Positions 56,248 through 64,000 of a stretch of DNA of 64,000 nucleotides are shown here, in pieces. Source of the DNA: Patescibacteria group bacterium (GTDB taxonomy: Bacteria > Patescibacteriota > Patescibacteriia > Patescibacteriales > UBA12465). A model generated the notes under the pieces. That model saw only the letters and a list, made by a program, of their open reading frames with translations, searched no databases and was not told where the DNA came from. The stretch covers positions 32,785-96,784 of the forward strand of contig JAQWDY010000001.1 of assembly GCA_028705215.1 (NCBI GenBank), given 5' to 3'. The position numbers were made by a program, and so were the translations under genes. Position 1 is the stretch's first letter, and the number at the start of each line of letters is the position of its first letter.

Positions 56248-58026
56248 GTGTCTTCTCTAAAAAATAAAATTTTTGATTTTTTTAAAAAGACTAAACATTC
56301 TTTAGACTTTTTTTTGTTTTTTAAAACTTCAGGACGATTGGATCAAGTTGATATTGATAAAAAATTAGTTTACTCCTTATCGCCTCGAAAAATTCCAACC
56401 ACTAAACAATTTAAATATTTAAATAAATTTTTAAGCCCGAAAGAGAGCTTGATTTTAAAGATTAGTTTAGTTATCCTCTTTTTGAACATAGTTTATTTGG
56501 GGGTAATTTTTTTCCAGAATAATTTTAAAAACAGCCCTGTTTTTGGAGGAACCTATATAGAAGCAACCGTGGGTTACCCAAGATTAATTAATCCGCTTTA
56601 TGCAATTAGTAGGGACGTTGACAATGATTTAAGTCGTTTAATATACTCCAGTTTATTTTCTTATGATAGTTTTGGTGTTTTGCAAAATGACCTAGTAGAG
56701 AGCTTTACTATTGATAGTGAGGGTAAAGAGTATCAGCTTGTGATAAAAGAAGGAGTAAAATGGCATGATAATGAGATTTTAACTAGTGATGATGTTGTTT
56801 TCACTTTTAATTTAATTCAAGATGAAAAATTTAATTCTCCTTTGCGATCGGAGTTAGTTGGTATTAAGGTTGAAAAAATAAATGAAAAAACAATCAAGTT
56901 TATTTTACCAGAGCCTTATGCCCCCTTTCTTGATTTGCTAACCTTTGGCATTATGCCACAACACGTCTGGCAAGGAGTCAGTGCAGATACAATAATTTTA
57001 AATGATTCAAATTTAAAGCCAATTGGTTCTGGGCCTTATAAGATTAAGACCTTATTAAAAAGCAAGTCAGGTGATTTGAAAGAATATCAATTAATAGCAA
57101 ATCTAGATTATTATAAGGAAGTATATATTGAAAATTTAATTATTCGTTTTTTTAGTAACAATATTGAAGCTATAGATAGTTTTAACAATAATCAGGTTGA
57201 TGGTTTGAGCGCTTTGCCTTTTGTAAATAAAGACGATTTGTTAAAACGTGATTCAGTTAATACTTATAATTTAATAAAACCACAAATTGTTGGCCTCTTC
57301 TTTAATCTTAACAAGGATGGCTTAAAAGAAGTTGAAATAAGAACAGCGCTTGCTAAGGCAATTGATAAAAATGATTTAATAAATAATGTATACGGTAATG
57401 CTTATCAAGTAGCAAGTGGGCCAATTTTAAAAAATAGCTTTGCTTATAATAGTGAAGTAGAAAATATTAATAATTATTCTAAAGTTGAGGCAGCGGAAAA
57501 ACTAGCAGGAAAGAATTTAAAAATAAAACTTACAGCAATAAATATTAATGGAAATAGCAGAGTGGCAGAACAGATAAAATCTTATTGGGAAAGTGTTGGT
57601 GTTTCCGTGGAAATTGATTTAATATCATTAGAGCAAGCAGCCGAAACGATAAAAAAACGTGATTTTGATGTTATTTTATATGGACAATTGGTGGGCGGTG
57701 ATCCTGATGTCTATGCGTTTTGGCATTCTAGTCAGGCTGGGTCACAAGGCTTTAACATCTCTGAATATAAAAATGATGAGGCTGATAAGCTTTTAAGTGA
57801 AGCTAGAGTGGCGACAAATGAACTAGAGAGAATTGAAAAATATAAGGCGTTTCAAAATATTGTAAACACCGACGTTCCAGTCATATTTCTATATTCACCA
57901 AGCTATACTTATGTTCAAAATAAAAAAGTAAAAGGCTTTGTTGGCGATGCGATTATTTCTCCAGCTGACCGTTTTGGACAAATTAACGACTGGTATATAA
58001 AAACTAAAAAAATAAAAGCTAAGTAA
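56248..58026 (+). CDS. ABC-transporter substrate-binding protein, family 5 (oligopeptide/nickel-type), membrane-anchored
   Basis: 592 aa; N-terminal TM anchor then SBP_bac_5-like core (...FGGTYIEATVGYPRLINPL...KEYQLVIKEGVKWHDNEILTSDDVVFTFNLI...). No permease or ATPase genes are adjacent in this window. Confidence 0.6.
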   Translation: MSSLKNKIFDFFKKTKHSLDFFLFFKTSGRLDQVDIDKKLVYSLSPRKIPTTKQFKYLNKFLSPKESLILKISLVILFLNIVYLGVIFFQNNFKNSPVFGGTYIEATVGYPRLINPLYAISRDVDNDLSRLIYSSLFSYDSFGVLQNDLVESFTIDSEGKEYQLVIKEGVKWHDNEILTSDDVVFTFNLIQDEKFNSPLRSELVGIKVEKINEKTIKFILPEPYAPFLDLLTFGIMPQHVWQGVSADTIILNDSNLKPIGSGPYKIKTLLKSKSGDLKEYQLIANLDYYKEVYIENLIIRFFSNNIEAIDSFNNNQVDGLSALPFVNKDDLLKRDSVNTYNLIKPQIVGLFFNLNKDGLKEVEIRTALAKAIDKNDLINNVYGNAYQVASGPILKNSFAYNSEVENINNYSKVEAAEKLAGKNLKIKLTAININGNSRVAEQIKSYWESVGVSVEIDLISLEQAAETIKKRDFDVILYGQLVGGDPDVYAFWHSSQAGSQGFNISEYKNDEADKLLSEARVATNELERIEKYKAFQNIVNTDVPVIFLYSPSYTYVQNKKVKGFVGDAIISPADRFGQINDWYIKTKKIKAK

Positions 58027-58063
58027 ACTAGCAATTTAACTCATAAAACTAAATAATAAAAAC

Positions 58064-59899
58064 ATGTACTTACAGAAAAAAATGTCTGCCGTTAGCACTG
58101 AGGCTAAACGGGCGAGTCTTGATAATAATCAAACTAAAACCAAGAAAAGGTTTCAGGGAAGATATGGCTCAAAGAAAAATAGTTCGAGATTACAAAAAAA
58201 AGAAACTTCCGTGGTAATTCCTAGTATTAATGGATCACATTTAAAAATCTATCCTTTAGGAGGACAGGAAGAGGTTGGTAGAAATTGTACCGTATTTGAG
58301 TATGATGAGGATATCATCATTTTAGATATGGGCATGCAATTTGCCGATGAAGACATGCCGGGCGTTGATTATATTGTGCCTAATGTTTCTTCGCTAAGAG
58401 GAAGGGAGAAGAATATTAGAGGAGTAATATTCAGTCATGGCCATCTGGATCACATAGGAGCTGCTCCCATACTTTTAGAGCAACTTGGTAATCCACCAAT
58501 TATTGGTAGAAAGTTAACTTTAGCGATGGTTAAGCATCGTCAAGAAGATTATAAACGAGGCACGACCAAGAATTTAAAAACAATTACTATAAATTCTTTA
58601 GAACAAAAAATTAATTTGGGAATGTTTACGATAAGCTTTTTTCAAGTAGAGCATTCAATTATTGATGCTGTTGGTGTGATAATAAGCACTCCTCACGGCA
58701 CTGTTATTCACCCCGGAGATTGGATGATGGATTCTGGTGAAGATGGAAAAAAATTATTAACTTATGATCACTTAGCAAAATTGCCTTCACCAAAGATTTT
58801 AATGCTAGAGAGCTTAGGTGTTTCATATAATAAAGAAAGAGTGCCGGTATCAAAAAGTAAGGCCAACTTAGAAAGATTAATCCATGAGGCTAAAGGCAGG
58901 GTTATTATTGGCACCTTTGCTTCACAGATGGAAAGGATTACCGATTTGCTTGCCTATAGTGAAAAGATAGGTAAGAAGGTGGTTTTAGATGGCTACAGCA
59001 TGAAAATAAATGTTAAAATTGCACAGGAGCTAGGCTATATTCCCGCTCATAAAAACACCTTGATTGCGGTTGAAGAAGTTGATAAGTATCCAGAAAATAA
59101 AATTGTAGTAATTTGCACGGGCGCCCAGGGAGAGCCTAACGCGGTTTTCTCTCGTATTGTTAATAATAGTCATCGCTATATTAGCATAAAAAAGACAGAT
59201 GTTGTCATTTTTTCTTCTTCAGTTATTCCTGGTAACGAAAGATCGGTACAAAAGATTAAAGATCAGTTATATCGTTTAAGCGATAACGTTATTCATAGTA
59301 GCATTATGGATGTACATTCTGGCGGGCATGCAAATGTGGAGGATATAAAGGTAATGTTAAAGCAGATTAAACCCGATTATTTATTACCAGTTTACGCTAA
59401 CCACTACATGTTAGTTGAAGCAAAAAAATTAGCCTTACGTGAAGGCTTTAAAGATAATCAGGTGTTTGTTTTAGATAATGGACAAATTATTGTATTTCAA
59501 AAAGGAAAGGCGCCTAGAGTTTTAAAAGAAAAGGTTAATACTGACTATGTTATGGTTGACGGTTTGGGAGTGGGTGATGTCTCTGAGGTTGTTTTAAGGG
59601 ATAGACGGGTGATGGCAGATGACGGCATGTTGGTGGTAATTGTTACCATAGATGCAAAAACAGGAGATATAATAGGTAATCCAGATTTAATTTCACGAGG
59701 CTTTATCTATATGAAGGAAAACCGTGACTTAATTGAAAAAACAAGAATGCGTGCTAAAAAAATTGTAAAAGATAAAAATCCAATGACATCAGCTGATGAT
59801 GATTTTATTAAAAACAAGGTTAGAAATGATTTGGGACAATTTTTATTTAAAGCAACAAAACGTCGTCCGATGATTTTGCCAGTTGTAATAAAGGTTTAA
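58064..59899 (+). CDS. rnj: ribonuclease J (metallo-beta-lactamase / beta-CASP RNase)
   Basis: 611 aa; HGHLDHIGA motif, beta-CASP motifs, C-terminal domain; basic Lys/Arg-rich N-terminal extension of about 50 aa. Confidence 0.85.
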   Translation: MYLQKKMSAVSTEAKRASLDNNQTKTKKRFQGRYGSKKNSSRLQKKETSVVIPSINGSHLKIYPLGGQEEVGRNCTVFEYDEDIIILDMGMQFADEDMPGVDYIVPNVSSLRGREKNIRGVIFSHGHLDHIGAAPILLEQLGNPPIIGRKLTLAMVKHRQEDYKRGTTKNLKTITINSLEQKINLGMFTISFFQVEHSIIDAVGVIISTPHGTVIHPGDWMMDSGEDGKKLLTYDHLAKLPSPKILMLESLGVSYNKERVPVSKSKANLERLIHEAKGRVIIGTFASQMERITDLLAYSEKIGKKVVLDGYSMKINVKIAQELGYIPAHKNTLIAVEEVDKYPENKIVVICTGAQGEPNAVFSRIVNNSHRYISIKKTDVVIFSSSVIPGNERSVQKIKDQLYRLSDNVIHSSIMDVHSGGHANVEDIKVMLKQIKPDYLLPVYANHYMLVEAKKLALREGFKDNQVFVLDNGQIIVFQKGKAPRVLKEKVNTDYVMVDGLGVGDVSEVVLRDRRVMADDGMLVVIVTIDAKTGDIIGNPDLISRGFIYMKENRDLIEKTRMRAKKIVKDKNPMTSADDDFIKNKVRNDLGQFLFKATKRRPMILPVVIKV

Positions 59900-59917
59900 T
59901 AAAATTTCTTACATAAT

Positions 59918-59945
59918 AAAAACCCCTTTAATTAAGGGGCTTTTG
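59918..59945 (+). terminator. rho-independent terminator of rnj
   Basis: aaaaACCCCTTTAATTAAGGGGCtttt. Confidence 0.6.
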
Positions 59946-59974
59946 TTATCATAGTGACATTATTGTTATAGGGC

Positions 59975-60003
59975 TTGACAAGTTTTTTTTAACATGCTAG
60001 TAT
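59975..60003 (+). promoter_or_regulatory. sigma-70-type promoter, extended -10, driving a non-coding RNA
   Basis: TTGACA (59975..59980), 17 nt spacer, then TGc-TAGTAT (59995..60003). No ORF follows on the + strand. Confidence 0.45.
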
Positions 60004-60009
60004 ATAATG

Positions 60010-60148
60010 TTGCTTAAAAAAAGAAAAAACCGATTTAAACGGGACAGGCACGACAAGCATGGGGATTTTCTTTCTAGGGTTTTCCGGCATTTGCTAGAAA
60101 TAACCTAGAGGAAGTTTTCTTGCCTCCCCGTTTAAGTCGGTTTTTTTA
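60010..60148 (+). ncRNA. unclassified structured small RNA (~139 nt) closed by a 15-bp terminal helix and U7
   Basis: AACCGAUUUAAACGGG (60028..60043) pairs with CCCGUUUAAGUCGGUU (60127..60142), one C/U mismatch. Inner helix AGGCA/UGCCU, local hairpins UUUCUAG...CUAGAAA and GCAUUUGC, U-run 60141..60147. No SRP-RNA GGAAGCAGCC, 5S or 6S signatures recognised. Confidence 0.4.
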
Positions 60149-60880
60149 TTGAAAACAACGATTTTTACCAACTATAACATTAAGTTTATTTTTTGCTACA
60201 CTGATTGTAACTGGTGACTTTACTTCAATAACACCATCAACGATTATTGGGTGCTCACTTACAACTTCAAATTTATCCAAACGCATTAAACTTTGGGTAT
60301 TTTTTTTAGTAACAACGTAAACATCCAGTTTGCCGTCATGAGGGTTAGAATTGATAGGATTGTTTTTATCGTTAATTAAATTAATAATTTTGATAAAACC
60401 CTTGTCTTTAATTTCCAATGAATAGTCTTTAAGATTTATAACCGTTCCCCTACTTTCAACCTCGACTTCATTAAGAAAATAATAATCGCCTATTAAACCA
60501 AGATCGATTCTTTCTATGCGTCGTGCCAGGAGTATATTGCAAGCGTCTTCCTCGTTTTTTATACCAAAAGAAGTGGCAATTGAGTTATCATTACCAATTG
60601 GAATGATTCCTAAAAGAGTATTTTTTTGGAAATCACTGTATATATCAGCCTCTATTATTGCTCCCATTATTCGATTTACGGTTTGATTATTGCCAACAGC
60701 AACAATTGTTTTAGCGCCTAAGCGCATTTCATTTTGAATAGCTGATTTTATATTTTTTATTCCGCTTAATCTTATTATTTTTCCATTTAAACCAAGGTCA
60801 GTTAGACGAATTTCCATTCGATTAATTGCCTTGTTGTACCTGGTTTTATTAAGATAGTCGTCATAAATATAAACATGCAT
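60146..60880 (-). CDS. DAGK_cat / YegS-type lipid kinase family protein with degenerate glycine-rich motif
   Basis: 244 aa; ...TIVAVGNNQTVNRIMGAI... (in place of GGDGT) and ...LGIIPIGNDNSIATSFG... (GTGND-like) match the diacylglycerol-kinase catalytic-domain family. Stop codon overlaps the U-run of the convergent sRNA terminator. Confidence 0.6.
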   Translation of the reverse strand: MHVYIYDDYLNKTRYNKAINRMEIRLTDLGLNGKIIRLSGIKNIKSAIQNEMRLGAKTIVAVGNNQTVNRIMGAIIEADIYSDFQKNTLLGIIPIGNDNSIATSFGIKNEEDACNILLARRIERIDLGLIGDYYFLNEVEVESRGTVINLKDYSLEIKDKGFIKIINLINDKNNPINSNPHDGKLDVYVVTKKNTQSLMRLDKFEVVSEHPIIVDGVIEVKSPVTISVAKNKLNVIVGKNRCFQ

Positions 60881-60903
60881 AAGAATTTAAATTATGCAGC
60901 TGT

Positions 60904-61305
60904 TTACTTTTCTAAGTCTTCTTTGACAGAATTTTTAATGGATTTTTTTTCAGTTTCAGAAATTGCAAAAAGCTGACCGTTTATAGTTGCTCCTTTTTCC
61001 ATTGACATTTCGCTATAGGCGATATCGCCACTAATTTTGGCTGTGCTACCCAAAGAAAGATAGTTTTTTACTTTTACATTTCCTTTGATTTCGCCATTTA
61101 CCATTAAGTCCTGAGCTTCAACATTAGCTACAACTTTAGCCTTTTCACCTATAAAAATGTTAGCATCAGTTTTAAGAGAACCTTCTAATGAGCCTTCAAT
61201 TACGATGTTGCCTTGTCCATGAAAATTACCCTTAACTTTTATGGAGGCGCCGATTATAGTTTCCGCATCCTTAAATTTTTCAATTTTGTTTTCACGATTA
61301 AACAT
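60904..61305 (-). CDS. bactofilin-family polymer-forming protein
   Basis: 133 aa; tandem beta-helical repeats ...IKVKGNFHGQGNIVIEGSLEGSLKTDANIFIGEKAKVVANVEAQDLMVNGEIKGNVKV... typical of bactofilin (DUF583). Confidence 0.75.
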   Translation of the reverse strand: MFNRENKIEKFKDAETIIGASIKVKGNFHGQGNIVIEGSLEGSLKTDANIFIGEKAKVVANVEAQDLMVNGEIKGNVKVKNYLSLGSTAKISGDIAYSEMSMEKGATINGQLFAISETEKKSIKNSVKEDLEK

Positions 61306-61463
61306 ATGTTTTTACAATGAATAAGAATAAGATAACTGCTTTTATTCTATGCTAAAACAAGGCTTTTGTCAAAGTATAGTGAAGTTTTAATTTGCCCTCG
61401 TTTTATTGTTAGTGCAGTTGTAAGAATTATTATATTGATGTAAAATTAGTATAGTTTTATTCT

Positions 61464-61538
61464 GTTCCTATAGTTTAATGGATAAAACAAGAACCTCCTA
61501 AGTTCTAGATCCAGGTTCGATTCCTGGTGGGAACACCA
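61464..61538 (+). tRNA. tRNA-Arg (anticodon CCT), CCA encoded
   Basis: GTTCCTATAGTTTAATGGATAAAACAAGAACCTCCTAAGTTCTAGATCCAGGTTCGATTCCTGGTGGGAACACCA; anticodon stem AGAAC/GTTCT with loop CTCCTAA. Confidence 0.85.
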
Positions 61539-61548
61539 TTTTAGATAA

Positions 61549-61566
61549 TTGTCAAGCTATTGACAA
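61549..61566. promoter_or_regulatory. perfect 18-bp palindrome TTGTCAAGCTATTGACAA (two opposed TTGACA hexamers)
   Basis: Between tRNA-Arg and the tRNA-Ala promoter; candidate operator or divergent -35 pair. Confidence 0.35.
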
Positions 61567-61586
61567 AAATAAGTTTAAATGTTTAC

Positions 61587-61614
61587 TTGACAGCATTGTT
61601 TATTTCGCTATAAT
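61587..61614 (+). promoter_or_regulatory. sigma-70-type promoter for tRNA-Ala(GGC)
   Basis: TTGACA (61587..61592), N16, TATAAT (61609..61614); tRNA starts about 34 nt downstream. Confidence 0.5.
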
Positions 61615-61628
61615 TCTATTACAAGCAC

Positions 61629-61644
61629 TGTTCCTTAAGGAACA
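61629..61644. promoter_or_regulatory. perfect 16-bp palindrome TGTTCCTTAAGGAACA (GTTCC-N4-GGAAC); second copy at 62097..62112
   Basis: Copy 1 sits between the promoter and tRNA-Ala without a T-run. Copy 2 (TGTTCCTTGAGGAACA) is flanked by A- and T-runs and can act as a bidirectional terminator after the YdjM-like gene. Confidence 0.4.
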
Positions 61645-61647
61645 TTT

Positions 61648-61721
61648 GGGCCATTAGCTCAGTTGGCTAGAGCGCTTCCATGGCATGGAAGAGGTCAAGG
61701 GTTCAAGTCCCTTATGGTCCA
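61648..61721 (+). tRNA. tRNA-Ala (anticodon GGC), G3:U70, CCA not encoded
   Basis: GGGCCATTAGCTCAGTTGGCTAGAGCGCTTCCATGGCATGGAAGAGGTCAAGGGTTCAAGTCCCTTATGGTCCA; anticodon loop ATGGCAT. Confidence 0.85.
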
Positions 61722-61746
61722 CTTTTTTAAATTAAAGAAAAGCCAT

Positions 61747-62070
61747 GTGTTAATTTTAAGGTTCGTATTACATTATGGTATTCATTTATTGCTCCCAGGC
61801 GTTTTTGCATGGGTCTTTTTTAAAAATAGATGGAAGCAAGCCTGGCTATTAATGTTGGGCACAATGATTATTGATATTGATCATTTGTTAGCAATTCCAA
61901 TATTTGATGCAAATAGATGTAGTCTTGGCTTTCACCCTCTTCATACTTGGCCTTTTATAATTTTATATTTTTCTTTTCTATTTATACCAAATATTTATGT
62001 TCGAATTATAGGTTTAGGCCTTGTTATCCATATGTTTGCCGACTTAATTGATTGTTTGTTTATATTATAA
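61747..62070 (+). CDS. YdjM-like membrane-bound metal-dependent hydrolase family protein (start uncertain)
   Basis: ORF 61663..62070 begins inside tRNA-Ala, so the true start must be downstream; GTG 61747 is one option, and ATG 61714 would overlap the tRNA 3-prime end. His/Asp-rich hydrophobic pattern ...IIDIDHLLAIP...GFHPLHTWP...HMFADLIDC. Confidence 0.35.
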   Translation: MLILRFVLHYGIHLLLPGVFAWVFFKNRWKQAWLLMLGTMIIDIDHLLAIPIFDANRCSLGFHPLHTWPFIILYFSFLFIPNIYVRIIGLGLVIHMFADLIDCLFIL

Positions 62071-62096
62071 ATTAATTACATGTGTATAATTAAAAA

Positions 62097-62119
62097 TGTT
62101 CCTTGAGGAACATTTTTTT
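62097..62119. terminator. bidirectional terminator (palindrome copy 2 plus T-run)
   Basis: aaaaaTGTTCCTTGAGGAACAttttttta. Confidence 0.55.
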
Positions 62120-62529
62120 ATTTGGAATAATAAAAAAGAAAAATTATTAATTAACTGCTTTGAGATATAAAAATTTGATTATAGATTTAAAATATTATTT
62201 AAATTGTAAATCTGTGGATTATTTAGATATTTTAAACAAATTAACTTAAACTTTATATATTCTTTATAATAATTTTATATAATCTTTAAAATGAAAAATA
62301 TGGGGTTTAGTCTACATTAATGTGGACTTTAATAAATAAATTATGCTAATATTAGCGAAATATAATTATTGTAATTTATTTTAAATATTTTGCTAGCATT
62401 AGCGTTTTATTTTATATCATAAAATCGTATTAAATATAAAAAAATAAAAAATAATAACTTGAATACTGCCTATTATTGTTGTATAATTAAAAAATCAAAC
62501 TTAAGAAATATTTAATAAATATAAAATTT

Positions 62530-63447
62530 ATGTACGACCTTATAATCATTGGGTCTGGCCCAGCGGGAATGACGGCTGGCATGTATGCGGTCAGAAGAGA
62601 GATGAAAACTTTAATAATAGGTAAGGAACTAGGGGGTCAGTTAGTGTGGGCAAGTGAAATTGAAAATTATCCTGGTTTTGAAAGTATAAAAAGTTTCGAA
62701 TTAATTAGTCGAATAAAAAATCAGGCCCAAAAAATTGGAGTTGAGTTTAAAGATGCTGAAGTAAAAAAAATTGAACGCGACTTAAATGATGGGTCTTTTC
62801 GTGTTTTCACAACAAGAGATGAATATAGGGCAAAAACTATTATAGTTACCATGGGCTTGGCTCCTCGTCGCCTTGCTGTGCCTGGCGAAGTTGAATTATC
62901 TGGTCGCGGAGTTTCCTATTGCGCTAATTGTGATGGACCTTTTTATAGAGATAGAAAAGTAGCTATTATAGGTGGTGGTAATTCAGCTCTTGATGCAGCC
63001 GAATACATGTCTAAAGTTGCTAGCGAGGTTTACCTAGTACATCGAAGCGAGTCTTTTCGCGCTTTTGATATTTTAGTAAGCGAAGTAATGAAAAAGAAAA
63101 ATATTAATATTTATACAAATACTGAAGTAAGACATATCGTGGGCGAGGACAAGGTGGAGAAAATAATTATTTTTGATAAAAGTGAAAACAAAGAAAGAGA
63201 GATAGCGGTTGATGGCGTCTTTATTGAAATAGGTCGTATTGCCAGCACCGATTTATTAGCAGATTTTGTTGAAAGAGATGAAAAGGCGCAAATTATAGCT
63301 AAGGCAAATATGGAAACTAAAACGCCTGGCATTTTTGCCGCAGGGGATGTTGTCTCTTGTGAATTTAAGCAAATAACAATTGCTATGGGTCAAGCTACGA
63401 TTGCGGCTTTAAGCGCCTATCAATATATTCAAATGAATGAAAAATAA
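62530..63447 (+). CDS. trxB: thioredoxin-disulfide reductase
   Basis: 305 aa; FAD motif IIIGSGPAGMTAG, redox-active CANCDG, NADPH motif IIGGGNSALDAA. Confidence 0.85.
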   Translation: MYDLIIIGSGPAGMTAGMYAVRREMKTLIIGKELGGQLVWASEIENYPGFESIKSFELISRIKNQAQKIGVEFKDAEVKKIERDLNDGSFRVFTTRDEYRAKTIIVTMGLAPRRLAVPGEVELSGRGVSYCANCDGPFYRDRKVAIIGGGNSALDAAEYMSKVASEVYLVHRSESFRAFDILVSEVMKKKNINIYTNTEVRHIVGEDKVEKIIIFDKSENKEREIAVDGVFIEIGRIASTDLLADFVERDEKAQIIAKANMETKTPGIFAAGDVVSCEFKQITIAMGQATIAALSAYQYIQMNEK

Positions 63448-63550
63448 TAAATTCATCTATTTAAAAGTAGCAAAGTCTGTTATTAATTTTTTTATAGGAA
63501 AATAAAAAAAATATTGTTATAATAGAATTATAAATAGTAACTAGAATTCT

Positions 63551-64000
63551 ATGATGAATAAAAAAATGATTAATTTAGTATCGGCTGATATGGGCTATGG
63601 TCATCAAAGGGCCGCCTATCCCCTTCTTGGTTTAAGCGCTGGCGAAATGATAACGGTTAATAATTATAATGGTATTCCTGAATGGGAAAAAAATTATTGG
63701 ATTAATAATTTAAAATCATACGAAAAAATTTCTCGTTTTAAAAAAGTGCCAATAGTTGGCAAGGGAATTTTTGCTACAATGGATTATCTGCAAAGAATTA
63801 AACCCTTTTACCCTTTTCGTGATTTATCAAAACCAACTCTACAGCAAAAATATTTTTATAAATTAATAAGAAAGGGCTTAGGCAAAGATTTAATTGAAAA
63901 GCTGGGAAAGTCAAAATTACCTTTAATAACAACTTTTTTTGTTGGCATGTATATGGCAGAAGAGCATAACTATCTTGGTGATATTTATGCTGTTGTTTGT
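63551..64000 (+). CDS. partial CDS (runs off the window end): glycosyltransferase family 28-like N-terminal domain (MurG / MGDG-synthase-like)
   Basis: Open frame from ATG 63551 to the window edge, 150 codons, no stop. ...LVSADMGYGHQRAAYPLLGL... resembles the G-rich GGTGGH motif of GT28 N-domains. Confidence 0.35.
   Translation, partial: MMNKKMINLVSADMGYGHQRAAYPLLGLSAGEMITVNNYNGIPEWEKNYWINNLKSYEKISRFKKVPIVGKGIFATMDYLQRIKPFYPFRDLSKPTLQQKYFYKLIRKGLGKDLIEKLGKSKLPLITTFFVGMYMAEEHNYLGDIYAVVC

Noticed and set aside
59990-60150. Structured RNA considered as SRP RNA, 6S RNA or 5S rRNA
   Set aside because: No GGAA tetraloop / AGCAGC domain-IV motif, no 5S consensus, too short for 6S or RNase P; left unclassified.

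Overview
AT-rich, gene-dense bacterial chromosomal segment with tight packing, short intergenic spacers and many 4-30 nt gene overlaps. The gene content and the 16S divergence look like a reduced-genome Candidate Phyla Radiation / Patescibacteria-type organism; this is an inference, not a database result.

The core is the replication-origin neighbourhood: dnaN and dnaA on the minus strand at 30427..33220, divergent from rpmH-rnpA-yidD-yidC on the plus strand at 33404..34899, with DnaA-box-like 9-mers and an (AAT)n AT-rich tract in the flanking spacers.

Most other genes are housekeeping. Translation and RNA genes recognised: rpsA, tig, smpB, nusA, valS, pheS, pheT, trpS, infC, rpmI, rplT, secG, rnj, der and pth. 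Other recognised genes: topA, recQ, glyA, folD, trxA, trxB, a PBP1A-type penicillin-binding protein, an alpha-glucan phosphorylase plus a phosphoglucomutase/phosphomannomutase-family mutase, a K+-independent-type H+-pyrophosphatase, and an Elp3-type radical-SAM/GNAT enzyme.

RNA genes found by eye: a 16S rRNA on the minus strand (about 53004..54487) not followed by 23S within the window; tmRNA 9 nt downstream of smpB; and ten tRNAs (Gly-GCC, Leu-TAA, Arg-TCT, His-GTG, Val-GAC, Ile-TAT, Ala-CGC, Pro-GGG, Arg-CCT, Ala-GGC).

Features worth a second look:
- a repeat-delimited block of three small genes directly downstream of tRNA-His (28437..30420), including a duplicated copy of the tRNA-His 3-prime end plus its terminator;
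- a promoter-driven, strongly structured ~139-nt RNA of unknown class (59975..60148);
- a tRNA-Ile with a genomically encoded UAU anticodon;
- a CsoR-family regulator lacking the metal-binding His, sitting immediately upstream of trxA;
- two bactofilin paralogs, one fused to a signal peptide and a C-terminal multi-TM domain;
- a standalone TrbC/VirB2-like pilin gene.

No CRISPR array, transposase or integrase was seen.
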